A DNA stretch of 64,000 nt from an uncultured Chloroflexia bacterium (GTDB lineage: Bacteria; Chloroflexota; Dehalococcoidia; DSTF01; JACRBR01): NCBI GenBank assembly GCA_963840385.1, contig CAWIYS010000001.1, forward strand, positions 239,411-303,410. The letters run 5' to 3'. The position numbers and the translations under genes are program-made. Under the pieces are notes generated by a model. It made no database searches, had not been told where the DNA came from, and saw only the letters and a list, made by a program, of their open reading frames with translations. Below are positions 40,958 through 49,623 of this stretch, one piece after another (the stretch's first letter is position 1; every line of letters starts with the position of its first letter).

Positions 40958-41818
40958 GTGACGAAGCGCGCCGGACTCATCGGACATCCGCTCGGGCACT
41001 CGATCAGCCCCGCGATCTTCGCCGCGGCCTTCGCCGCCGCCGGCGTCGACGCCACGTACGAGCCGTGGGACACCGAGCCCGGCGTCCTCGCCGCGCGCAT
41101 CGAGGCGCTACGCGGCGACGGTTTCCTCGGCGCCAGCGTCACGATCCCGTTCAAGCAGGCCGTCGTGCCGCTGCTCGACCGCACAGAGGCGGCGGCGACG
41201 ACCGCCGGCGCCGTCAACACGATCGTCCACCAGTCCGGCAAGCTCGTCGGCCACAACACCGACGTCGCCGGCTTCGCGCGCGCGCTGAAGGAAGATGCCG
41301 GGTTCGACGCGCGCGGCAAGCGCTGCGTCCTGCTCGGTAGCGGCGGCGCGGCGCGCGCCGTCGGCCTCGCCCTCGTCGAGGCGGGCGCGAGCGTGGTCTA
41401 CGTCGTCGGACGCCAGCCGCGCAAGATCGAGGCGCTGGTGCTGACGCTGAAGCCGCTCACTCAGCCCGGCACGACGATCTCGTGGGCGTACTGGGGCGAC
41501 GGCTCGTTCCTGCGATCGGTCGCCGAGGCTGACCTCGTTGTCAACTGCACCCCTGTCGGCACGGCGGGATCGCCGATGGCCGGCGAGTCGCCGATCCAGG
41601 CGACGCTCATCGCCGCCGGCTGCACCGTGTTCGACCTCGTCTACAACCCGACGCCGACGCCGCTCGTCGCGGCCGCCGAGGCGCGCGGCGCGAAGGCCGT
41701 TGGCGGCCTCGGCATGCTCGTCTACCAGGCGGCCGAGCAATTCAAGCTCTGGACCGGCAAGAACGCCGACGTCGCCGTCATGCTCAAGGCCGCGAAAGCC
41801 GCGCTCGCCACGGCATGA
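40958..41818 (+). CDS. aroE: shikimate dehydrogenase
   Basis: Start MTKRAGLIGHPLGHSISPAIF and the NAD(P)-binding motif VLLGSGGAARAV. Confidence 0.85.
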   Translation: MTKRAGLIGHPLGHSISPAIFAAAFAAAGVDATYEPWDTEPGVLAARIEALRGDGFLGASVTIPFKQAVVPLLDRTEAAATTAGAVNTIVHQSGKLVGHNTDVAGFARALKEDAGFDARGKRCVLLGSGGAARAVGLALVEAGASVVYVVGRQPRKIEALVLTLKPLTQPGTTISWAYWGDGSFLRSVAEADLVVNCTPVGTAGSPMAGESPIQATLIAAGCTVFDLVYNPTPTPLVAAAEARGAKAVGGLGMLVYQAAEQFKLWTGKNADVAVMLKAAKAALATA

Positions 41819-41837
41819 TCCCGCCGAATCGACGCGT

Positions 41838-42340
41838 GTAGCGCGGGCTTTCCAGCCCGCGCGGTCGTCGGCTCACCACCCCTCGTTGCGAACGCCCGCA
41901 ACGCATGTGAGGACAGCCGCCCCCGGCTGTCCTGATCTCCGGCTCGCGCTCGCGCCCCCTATTCGCCACCGTAGCGCGGGCTTTCCAGCCCGCGCGGTCG
42001 CCGGCTCACCGCCCCTCGTTGCGAACGCCCGCAATGCATGTGGGGACAGCCGCCCCCGGCTGTCCTGATCTCCGGCTCGCGCTCGCGCCCGGTATTCACC
42101 ACCGTAGAGCGGGCTTTCCAGCCCGCGCGGTCGTCGGCTCACCACCCCTCGTTGCGAACGCCCGCAATGCATGTGGGGACAGCCGCCCCCGGCTGTCCTG
42201 ATCTCCGGCTCGCGCTCGCGCCCCGCATTCACCACCGTAGCGCGGGCTTTCCAGCCCGCGCCGCACTCCCCCAACTCAGCACGCCGCTCGGTCGGCGCGC
42301 CGCCACGGGGGATAGCCGCCCCCGGCTGTCCTTCTCCCCG
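41838..42340. repeat. Tandem array of a 133-bp non-coding unit (3 full copies plus one degenerate copy); each copy contains hairpin B (GCGCGGGCT-TTCC-AGCCCGCGC) and hairpin A (GGACAGCCG-CCCC-CGGCTGTCC)
   Basis: Units start at 41838, 41971, 42104 and 42237 (degenerate) and are about 95% identical. A unit length of 133 is not a multiple of 3. Confidence 0.85.
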
Positions 42341-42430
42341 GCTCACCCCGTCCGCCCGGCTTCTCCCGCGTCCCGCGTCTCGCGTCCCGCGCCCCACATC
42401 CACTCAACGACCATCTGCCATACTTCCCCC

Positions 42431-43096
42431 ATGGTTCCTCCGCTGCTTGCCGCCTCCGACTACGGCATCATGGTGGGCATCGGCATCGTGCTGCTGCTGT
42501 TCCTCGTCGTCGCCTGGGTCATCGTGCAGGGGACGCGCGCGCAGCTCGCCTGGCGCGCGCAGGTCGATGCCGGCGACGTCAGCGCGATCCAGACGCTGGT
42601 CAGCGAGGAAGTCACCCGCTGGAAGACGGCGCGCATGCCGAAGGGCGTCTCGCCCGGGCTCTGGCACGGCGTTCAGAGCGCCGAGTTGATCGATGTCAAG
42701 CCGGAGGGCGTGCGCCTCAGCGCCTCGGCCGAAGGGCAGTACGCATTGGTCGACGGCACGCGCCGCGAGGTGACGAGCTCCCTCGACGAGGCGTTCGCCC
42801 TCACCGCCCGCCTCGCGGACATGGTGATGTACGATATCCCGAACGTGAAGCTGCCATACGCCCAGGTCGACATCTACAGCACCTTCCGCGACGAGACCGG
42901 CTCGGCGCAGCGCTGCATCATGTCGACGCTCTGCGAGCGCCAGACGGCTGATGCCGTCGACTGGGACGAGATGTCGGGCGAGGAGATCGTGCGCGCGTTC
43001 GGCGGCCGCTTCTCGCTCGACGACCACGGCAATCCGAACCCCATCGACCCCGATGCGCCGGCCGGTGGCGTGCCGGCCGTGTTCTACAAGGACTGA
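42431..43096 (+). CDS. hypothetical single-pass membrane protein (221 aa) inserted between aroE and aroC
   Basis: ATG at 42431 with a TM helix IMVGIGIVLLLFLVVAWVIV. It ends 3 nt before the aroC start. No family match was recognised. Confidence 0.5.
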   Translation: MVPPLLAASDYGIMVGIGIVLLLFLVVAWVIVQGTRAQLAWRAQVDAGDVSAIQTLVSEEVTRWKTARMPKGVSPGLWHGVQSAELIDVKPEGVRLSASAEGQYALVDGTRREVTSSLDEAFALTARLADMVMYDIPNVKLPYAQVDIYSTFRDETGSAQRCIMSTLCERQTADAVDWDEMSGEEIVRAFGGRFSLDDHGNPNPIDPDAPAGGVPAVFYKD

Positions 43097-43099
43097 CGA

Positions 43100-44272
43100 G
43101 TGCTGCGCTTCCTCACCGCCGGCGAGTCCCATGGCAAGGGCCTGATCGCGGTCATCGAGGGCATGCCCGCCGGGCTGCCTCTGTCGGAGGACTACGTCGC
43201 TGACGACCTGCGGCGTCGCCAGGGCGGCTACGGCCGTGGCCGCCGCCAGAAGATCGAGCAGGACCGCGCCGAGATCATGTCCGGCGTGCGCCACGGCCTG
43301 ACGCTCGGCAGCCCGATCTCGCTGCTCATCCTCAACCGCGACTGGGTCAACTGGACCGAGGCGATGTCAGTCAACCCGATCGAGGGCGACGTCGAGAAGG
43401 TGACCCGCCTCCGCCCCGGCCACGCCGACCTCGCCGGCGCGATGAAGTACGACTTCGACGACGTGCGCAACGTGCTCGAGCGCGCCAGCGCGCGCGAGAC
43501 GGCGGCCCGCGTCGCCGTCGGCGCCGTATGCAAGCGCTTCCTCGAGTCATTCGGCATGGCGTTCCGCAGCCACACCGTACGCATCGGTGCCGTCGAGGCC
43601 GACGTGCCCGCCGAGATCGACTGGCCCGCCGTCGAGGAGTCGCCCGTGCGCTGCGCCGACGCTGCCGGCAGTTCGCGCATGGTCGCCGCCATCGACGAGG
43701 CGCGCAACGCCGGCGACACGCTCGGCGGCGTCGTCGAGGGCCGCGTGACAAACGTGCCGATCGGCCTCGGCAGTCACGTGCACTGGGACCGGAAGATCGA
43801 TGGCCTGCTCGCGCAGGCGCTGATGAGCATCCACAGCGTCAAGGGCGTCGAGATCGGCGGCGGTTTCGCTGCATCGGCTCGGATGGGATCGCAGGTGCAC
43901 GACGTCATCCTGCCGCGCGAGCAGTGGACGGATCGGCCGTGGGCGCGCGCCACGAACAGCGCCGGCGGCACCGAAGGCGGTATCACCGACGGACAGGACA
44001 TCGTCGTCCGCGTCGCGCTCAAGCCGATTGCGACGCTCCCGCGCTCACTGCCATCGGCCGACCTGCACACCGGCGAGGAGATCGCCGCGCATTACGAGCG
44101 CAGCGACGTTTGCGTCGTCGCCGCGGCCGGCGTCATCGTCGAGGCCATGTGCGCCATCGTGCTGGCGGCGGCCGCGCTCGAGAAGTTCGGCGGCGATTCG
44201 ATGGACGAGACCCTTCGCAACTGGCGCGCGTTCGAGGCCACGGCCGTCCCCCGCGACCTGCGCGAGGGCTAA
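43100..44272 (+). CDS. aroC: chorismate synthase
   Basis: GTG start gives MLRFLTAGESHGKGL..., the canonical N-terminus. Confidence 0.9.
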   Translation: MLRFLTAGESHGKGLIAVIEGMPAGLPLSEDYVADDLRRRQGGYGRGRRQKIEQDRAEIMSGVRHGLTLGSPISLLILNRDWVNWTEAMSVNPIEGDVEKVTRLRPGHADLAGAMKYDFDDVRNVLERASARETAARVAVGAVCKRFLESFGMAFRSHTVRIGAVEADVPAEIDWPAVEESPVRCADAAGSSRMVAAIDEARNAGDTLGGVVEGRVTNVPIGLGSHVHWDRKIDGLLAQALMSIHSVKGVEIGGGFAASARMGSQVHDVILPREQWTDRPWARATNSAGGTEGGITDGQDIVVRVALKPIATLPRSLPSADLHTGEEIAAHYERSDVCVVAAAGVIVEAMCAIVLAAAALEKFGGDSMDETLRNWRAFEATAVPRDLREG

Positions 44273-44543
44273 TCCCCCGTCAACGTCCGTTACGTCGTGT
44301 GCGCCCGCGCCCCGGCAGTCGCATCGTCACTTCACATTGAGGATGTCCGGCACCTGACAGCCGCGCGCCGTCCGTATACGATGAGTGTGCGAGGCGCGAC
44401 GCGGCTGACGGATGCCGCACAGGTGCCCCTCGCCGGGGTGGCGGCGCAGGACCTCCACGTCGATGATCCAGCCGAGGGGAGCGCGCGATCGGAAGCGGCT
44501 CGTCTCTAGAGAAGGGATGCGCGGGCCAACCGCGCGCACGGCG

Positions 44544-45092
44544 ATGAATTACGACCAGATCTGGCTCATCGGCTTCTCCGGGACGGGCAAGTCACGGCTG
44601 GTACGCGCTCTCGCCGCCGCGCTCGATTGGGAGGCGGTCGACCTCGACAAGCTCATTGAGGAGCGCGCCGCCGAGACCATTCCCGCCATGTTCCGTCATC
44701 GAGGCGAGGCGGCGTTCCGCGACCTGGAGTCCACTGTGCTCGAAGAGACGGCGCAGCGATCGCGCATCGTCGTCGCGACGGGCGGCGGCGCCGTGATCGC
44801 CGAACGCAACCGCGAGGCGATGCACCGCCGCGGCTTTGTCGCCTGCCTTGACGCGCGGCCCGAGACGATCCTCGAGCGGCTGCAGAAGTCCGGCGCGGAA
44901 GCGTCGGAGCGCCCGCTGTTGCAGGGCGGCGATCCGATCGCGAAGATCATCGAGATCAAGTCGGCGCGCCAGCCCTTGTACGCGCAGTCCGACTTCATCA
45001 TTCAGACCGACGAGATGACGCCCGACCAGGTGACGCACCAGGTTCTGCTGGCCTTCCGCGAGCGCACCGCCGTGGCCGGGAGCACTGCGTGA
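44544..45092 (+). CDS. aroK: shikimate kinase
   Basis: MNYDQIWLIGFSGTGKSRL contains the Walker A motif. Confidence 0.8.
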   Translation: MNYDQIWLIGFSGTGKSRLVRALAAALDWEAVDLDKLIEERAAETIPAMFRHRGEAAFRDLESTVLEETAQRSRIVVATGGGAVIAERNREAMHRRGFVACLDARPETILERLQKSGAEASERPLLQGGDPIAKIIEIKSARQPLYAQSDFIIQTDEMTPDQVTHQVLLAFRERTAVAGSTA

Positions 45093-46168
45093 TCCGCGTC
45101 ACCGCCCGCAGCGGCGCGTACGACGTGCACTGCCGCTGGGGGGCGTTGGACGATCTCGGCGCGCTCATGCGCGACGCCGGGCTGCAAGGCTCGGCGTTTG
45201 TCGTTTCCGACGATGCTGTGGCGGCGCTCTACGGCGATCGCGCCGCCGATTCGCTGCGCGCCGCAGGCTTCGAGCCGTCTGTCTTCACGTTTCCCGCTGG
45301 CGAACAGAGCAAGTCGCTCGAGACGGTCTCGCGCGTCTACGACTGGCTGCTCGACGGCCGCGCCGAGCGATCGTCGCCCGTCGTCGCGCTCGGCGGCGGC
45401 GTCGCCGGCGACCTCGGCGGCTTCGCGGCGGCGACGTACCTCCGCGGCGTGCCGTTCGTCCAGGCGCCGACGTCGCTGCTGGCGATGGTCGATGCCTCGA
45501 TCGGCGGAAAGGTCGGCGTCGACCACCCACGCGGCAAGAACCTGGTCGGCGCCTTCTACGCGCCGGCGCTCGTCGTGCAGGACACCAGCTCGCTGGCGTC
45601 GCTGCCACCGCGCTCGCTGCGCGAGGGCTTCGCCGAGGCGATTAAGCACGGCCTGATCATGGATCCGCCGATGCTCGGCGTGCTGGAGCGCGATGCGGCG
45701 CGCCTGCTCGCCGTCGAGCCCGAGTTGACGACCGAGATCGTCGCCCGCAACGCCGCGCTCAAGGCCGCCGTCGTCTCCGAAGACGAGCGCGAGGGCGGCC
45801 GCCGCATGATCCTGAACTACGGCCACACCATCGGCCACGCGATCGAGGCCGCATGCGGCTACCGCGGCATCCTGCACGGCGAGGCGATTAGCGCCGGCAT
45901 GATGGCCGCCGCCGAAATTGGCCGGCGCATCGGCGTCACGCCCGCCGCCGTCGGCAAGCGCCAGCTCGCCCTGTTCGAGATCTACGGCCTGCCGCTGCGC
46001 CACGTCGGCCTCGACGTCGACGCCGTGCTCGCGGCGACGCTCCACGACAAGAAGGTGGCGGCGAAGCGCGTGCGCTGGGTGCTGCTCGAAGACTTCGGCC
46101 GCCCCGTCATCCGCGACGACGTCCCCGACAACGTCGTCCGCGACGTGCTGGCGACGATTCTAACCTGA
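45089..46168 (+). CDS. aroB: 3-dehydroquinate synthase
   Basis: Overlaps the aroK stop. Carries GGGVAGDLGGFAAATYLRG and the metal-binding His residues. Confidence 0.9.
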   Translation: MIRVTARSGAYDVHCRWGALDDLGALMRDAGLQGSAFVVSDDAVAALYGDRAADSLRAAGFEPSVFTFPAGEQSKSLETVSRVYDWLLDGRAERSSPVVALGGGVAGDLGGFAAATYLRGVPFVQAPTSLLAMVDASIGGKVGVDHPRGKNLVGAFYAPALVVQDTSSLASLPPRSLREGFAEAIKHGLIMDPPMLGVLERDAARLLAVEPELTTEIVARNAALKAAVVSEDEREGGRRMILNYGHTIGHAIEAACGYRGILHGEAISAGMMAAAEIGRRIGVTPAAVGKRQLALFEIYGLPLRHVGLDVDAVLAATLHDKKVAAKRVRWVLLEDFGRPVIRDDVPDNVVRDVLATILT

Positions 46169-46170
46169 CC

Positions 46171-46200
46171 GCGTGACGCGGGCTTTCAGCCCGCGCCACG
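46171..46200. repeat. REP-like hairpin (GCGTGACGCGGGCT-TTC-AGCCCGCGCCACGC) immediately after aroB
   Basis: It belongs to the same hairpin family; it may double as an operon terminator. Confidence 0.55.
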
Positions 46201-46311
46201 CCTGAAACCCACAAACTGTCATGCTGAGCGCCAGCGAAGCATCTTCCCCGCCCGGCCGCGCCCGCCTGACCCTCGCGCCGAGCGTCCGCCCCACCGACCT
46301 CCGACCTCTAC

Positions 46312-47337
46312 CTACCCCACCTGCACGGTCACCTTGATCGCCCCGCTCGACTTGTCGTCCGCCGCGGCGTACGCCCGCGCGACGTCGTCCAGCGGGAAGC
46401 GGTGCGTGATCATCGGTCGGAGATGCTCGGCGCCGCGCCGCATGATCTCGATGGCGAGCTCGTAGTCAGACCGGCGGCCCGGCCGGCCGTAGCAGTTGGA
46501 GCCGACGATGCGCGCTTCCTTCAGGAAGAACAGGATCGGGTGAATCGATACCGGCTTCGTGAACGCGCCCAGCACGCTGATCCGTCCACCGACGCCGACG
46601 ACGCCGAGCGCCTGCCCGAGCGTCGCGGCTTCGCCCCCGACCGTCTCGACGACGACGTCAGCGCCGCCGAGCGCGGACGTCAGCTGCGCGACGCCGCCGT
46701 CCGTCGCCTCGAACACCGCGTCCGCGCCGAGCGCCTGCGCCATCGCCCGCTGCTGTGGATGTCGCGCCGTCGCGGCGACGTACGTCGCGCCCATCGCCTT
46801 CGCGGCGGCGATCGCCATCAGTCCGATCGTCCCTGCTCCGAGCACGCCCACCTTCTCGCCGAACCGCAGGTCGACGAGCCGCAGCCCGTGTACCGCGACG
46901 GCGAGCGGCTCGCACAGCGCGCCCAGTTCGAAGTCGATCTCCTCGGGCAGGCGGTAGAGCGCGTATGCGGGCACCGTCATGTACTCGCGCAGCCCGCCGG
47001 GCATGTTGATGCCGTAGCCCTTGCGGGACGGGCAGAGGTGGTAATTGCCGGAGCGGCACTGCTCGCACGTCAGGCAGACGACGAACAACTCGAGCGCCAC
47101 CCGGTCGCCGGTCGCGAACCCGCTGACGCTCTCACCCAGCTCCGCCACCTCCCCCGCGCACTCGTGGCCGAGCACCGAACCCGGCGGTACGGGGAACTCG
47201 CCCCGATAGAAGTGCAGGTCGCTGCCGCAAACGCCGACGTTGCGCACCCGGATCAGCACCTCGCCCGCCGCCGGTCGCGGCTGCTCGACCTCGCGCACTT
47301 CGAGCGTCCTCGGGCCCGTGATCACCGCCTGCTTCAT
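46312..47337 (-). CDS. zinc-dependent alcohol/polyol dehydrogenase (MDR family, sorbitol/threonine-dehydrogenase-like)
   Basis: MKQAVITGPRTLEV..., the catalytic zinc motif GHECAGEV, the structural zinc cysteines CLTCEQCRSGNYHLC, and GLGAGTIGL. Confidence 0.85.
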   Translation of the reverse strand: MKQAVITGPRTLEVREVEQPRPAAGEVLIRVRNVGVCGSDLHFYRGEFPVPPGSVLGHECAGEVAELGESVSGFATGDRVALELFVVCLTCEQCRSGNYHLCPSRKGYGINMPGGLREYMTVPAYALYRLPEEIDFELGALCEPLAVAVHGLRLVDLRFGEKVGVLGAGTIGLMAIAAAKAMGATYVAATARHPQQRAMAQALGADAVFEATDGGVAQLTSALGGADVVVETVGGEAATLGQALGVVGVGGRISVLGAFTKPVSIHPILFFLKEARIVGSNCYGRPGRRSDYELAIEIMRRGAEHLRPMITHRFPLDDVARAYAAADDKSSGAIKVTVQVG

Positions 47338-47487
47338 CGTCCCACTCCCATTCCAGGCGACGCCCGTAGTCTCACACCAGCACCCGCGGACCATCAGCTC
47401 CGCCGAATCCCCGGCCGAGTTCAACGCCCGTCTTCAGCACTTTCCTCGCTCGGAGCTCCCCTTCCCTCGCAGGGAAGCGGCCGGCGG

Positions 47488-47556
47488 TTAGGTCTGCCCG
47501 TCGACTGATAGCCGACAGCTGACAGCTGATGGCTGACAGCTGACAGACTCGCCTAA
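47488..47556. promoter_or_regulatory. Palindromic candidate operator: GACAGCT heptamer repeats (GACAGCTGACAGCTGATGGCTGACAGCTGACAG) flanked by an inverted TTAGGTCTGCC...AGACTCGCCTAA
   Basis: Lies 24-90 nt upstream of the GTG start at 47580. It contains four CAGCTG palindromes. Confidence 0.4.
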
Positions 47557-47579
47557 CGAGGCTTCGTTATCATGGTCGA

Positions 47580-48401
47580 GTGAAAGCACTGAATCAACCG
47601 GAGAGCTGGTGGGGCTGGCACGGCTACAACCACCCGGAGCCGCTCTCGATCACCGAGATCCTCCGCGCCGGCACGATGCCACCCCGGCTGGCCGCGGTGT
47701 TCTGGCTGGCCGTGGAGCGCGGCTTGTCGCTCATCCTCGCGGCGGATCCGCCCGGCGCCGGCAAGACGACGATCCTCACCGCTCTGCTCGCGTTCGCGCA
47801 CCCCGACGCCTCGGTGTACTTCACGCGCGGCTGGGGCGAGCAGTTCCGCCTGCCGCCGCCCGATGCCGAGTCGCCGACGTACCTGCTGGTCAACGAGATC
47901 AGCGACCACCTGCCGGTCTACTCCTGGGGCCCCTACGTCCAGCGTGCCTTCGAGCTCATGGCCGATGGCTATTCGCTCGCCTCCACGATGCACGCCAATA
48001 CGGTCGACGGCGTAATCGAGCAACTCGTCGAAGAGTGCGACGTGCCGCGGCAGCTCGTCGGGCACCTGGCGCTGGTCGTGCCGATCCACGTCGGCGCGTC
48101 GTCGGGTCGGCGCATCCGCCGTGTCAGCGAGGTCGCCGTGCTCGAGCCGCTCGCCGGCGGCTACGACCGCCACACCATCGCACGATGGCAGCCCGGCGAC
48201 GATGCCTTCGACGTGCTGACGACCCCGGCCGAGATCAACGCCATCGCCCGCCGCCTCGGCATGGACGACGCCGCGTTCCTCGACGGCCTTGCCCGCCGCG
48301 AGCGATTCCTCGATCAGTTGCTGCAGGATGGCGCGGACGAGATCGACGACGTCCAGGAGCGCATCCTGTCATTTTCCGGCCACAGCGCGCCGCGATCCTA
48401 G
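47580..48401 (+). CDS. minimal CpaF/TadA/VirB11-like secretion-type ATPase (273 aa, ATPase core only)
   Basis: Walker A AADPPGAGKTTIL, the Asp box/His box region YLLVNEISDHLPVYSWGPYVQRAFELMADGYSLASTMHAN, and ...LALVVPIHVGASSGRRIRRVSEV. Confidence 0.55.
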   Translation: MKALNQPESWWGWHGYNHPEPLSITEILRAGTMPPRLAAVFWLAVERGLSLILAADPPGAGKTTILTALLAFAHPDASVYFTRGWGEQFRLPPPDAESPTYLLVNEISDHLPVYSWGPYVQRAFELMADGYSLASTMHANTVDGVIEQLVEECDVPRQLVGHLALVVPIHVGASSGRRIRRVSEVAVLEPLAGGYDRHTIARWQPGDDAFDVLTTPAEINAIARRLGMDDAAFLDGLARRERFLDQLLQDGADEIDDVQERILSFSGHSAPRS

Positions 48402-48440
48402 AGGCGACCGGCGATCGGACATCGGCCGCCCGGGACAGGA

Positions 48441-48471
48441 CACTACGAACTACAAACTACGAACTACAAAC
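48441..48471. promoter_or_regulatory. Direct 14-nt repeat ACTACGAACTACAA x2 (plus ACTCG) upstream of gap; CGGGACAGGACA lies immediately 5'
   Basis: Position: 78-108 nt upstream of the gap ATG at 48549. Confidence 0.35.
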
Positions 48472-48548
48472 TCGTTGGCCCTACCCCAAGGCATTCGGCG
48501 GCGTCACAATGGAGCGAATCAACATCCCAGTGCTGAAAGGACGGCGGC

Positions 48549-49562
48549 ATGGCAACGCGCATCGGCATCAACGGCTTCGGCCGCATCGGACGGCAGGTGC
48601 TCAAGGCGATCAAGGAGCGCCACGGCAGCGAGCTGGAGGTTGTCGCGGTCAATGACCTCGTCGACAACAAGACGAACGCCCACCTGCTGAAGTACGACTC
48701 CAACTACGGCCGGTTCCCGGGCACCGTGGAGGTAGGCGAGAGCGGCCTCATCGTCGATGGCAAGCCGGTCAGCGTCTTCGCCGAGAAGGATCCGGGCGCC
48801 ATCCCGTGGGGCAAGGCCGGCGTCCAGATCGTCCTCGAGTCCACCGGCTTCTTCACCGATGCGAACCTCGCGCGCGCGCATCTCCACGACGGCGTCAAGA
48901 AGGTGCTCATCTCCGCGCCCGCGAAGAACGAGGACGTGACCATCGTCCTCGGCGTCAACGCCGAGAAGTACGACGCATCGAAGCACAACGTCATCTCCAA
49001 CGCCTCCTGCACGACGAACGGCCTCGCACCGACCGTCAAGGTCCTGCTCGACAACTTCGGCATCATCAAGGGCCAGATGACGACGATCCACGCCTACACC
49101 AACTCGCAGCGACTGCTCGACATGCAGTCGAAGGACCTTCGCGAGGCGCGCGCGGCCGCGCTGAACATCGCTCCGGCTTCGACGGGCGCGGCGCGAGCAC
49201 TCAAGCTCGTCATCCCCGAGATTGAAGGGAAGATCGACGGCGCCGCCTACCGGGTGCCGACGCCGACCGTCTCCATCGTCGAGGTCGTGTGCCTCGTCGA
49301 GAAGGCGACGACGAAAGAAGCCATCAACGACGCTATGCGCAAGGCCGCCGCCGGGCCGATGAAGGGCATCCTCGCCGTGACCGACGAGCCGCTCGTGTCG
49401 ATGGACCTGAAGGGCGACCCGCACTCGTCCATCGTCGACGCGCTCACGACGAACGTCGTCGGCGGCGACCTTGTGAAGGTCGCCTCGTGGTACGACAACG
49501 AGTGGGGCTACTCGTGCCGCCTGTCCGACCTGTGCGCGTTCGTCGCCGGCAAGGGGCTGTAG
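48549..49562 (+). CDS. gap: type I glyceraldehyde-3-phosphate dehydrogenase
   Basis: INGFGRIGR and the catalytic SNASCTTN motif. The protein is 337 aa. Confidence 0.9.
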   Translation: MATRIGINGFGRIGRQVLKAIKERHGSELEVVAVNDLVDNKTNAHLLKYDSNYGRFPGTVEVGESGLIVDGKPVSVFAEKDPGAIPWGKAGVQIVLESTGFFTDANLARAHLHDGVKKVLISAPAKNEDVTIVLGVNAEKYDASKHNVISNASCTTNGLAPTVKVLLDNFGIIKGQMTTIHAYTNSQRLLDMQSKDLREARAAALNIAPASTGAARALKLVIPEIEGKIDGAAYRVPTPTVSIVEVVCLVEKATTKEAINDAMRKAAAGPMKGILAVTDEPLVSMDLKGDPHSSIVDALTTNVVGGDLVKVASWYDNEWGYSCRLSDLCAFVAGKGL

Positions 49563-49596
49563 CCTCGGGCTCGATGTGCCGCAGTGAGCAACCACG

Positions 49597-49620
49597 CGAG
49601 GGCCGGGAGACCGGCCCTCG
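49597..49620 (+). terminator. GC-rich hairpin after gap (CGAGGGCCGG-GAGA-CCGGCCCTCG)
   Basis: A 10-bp perfect stem, 35 nt after the gap stop. There is no U-tract. Confidence 0.4.
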
Positions 49621-49623
49621 ACC

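Noticed and set aside
41838-42340. Possible CRISPR array
   Set aside because: The repeat unit is 133 bp with no unique spacers. The units are near-identical end to end, and the same hairpins occur as solo REP-like elements elsewhere.
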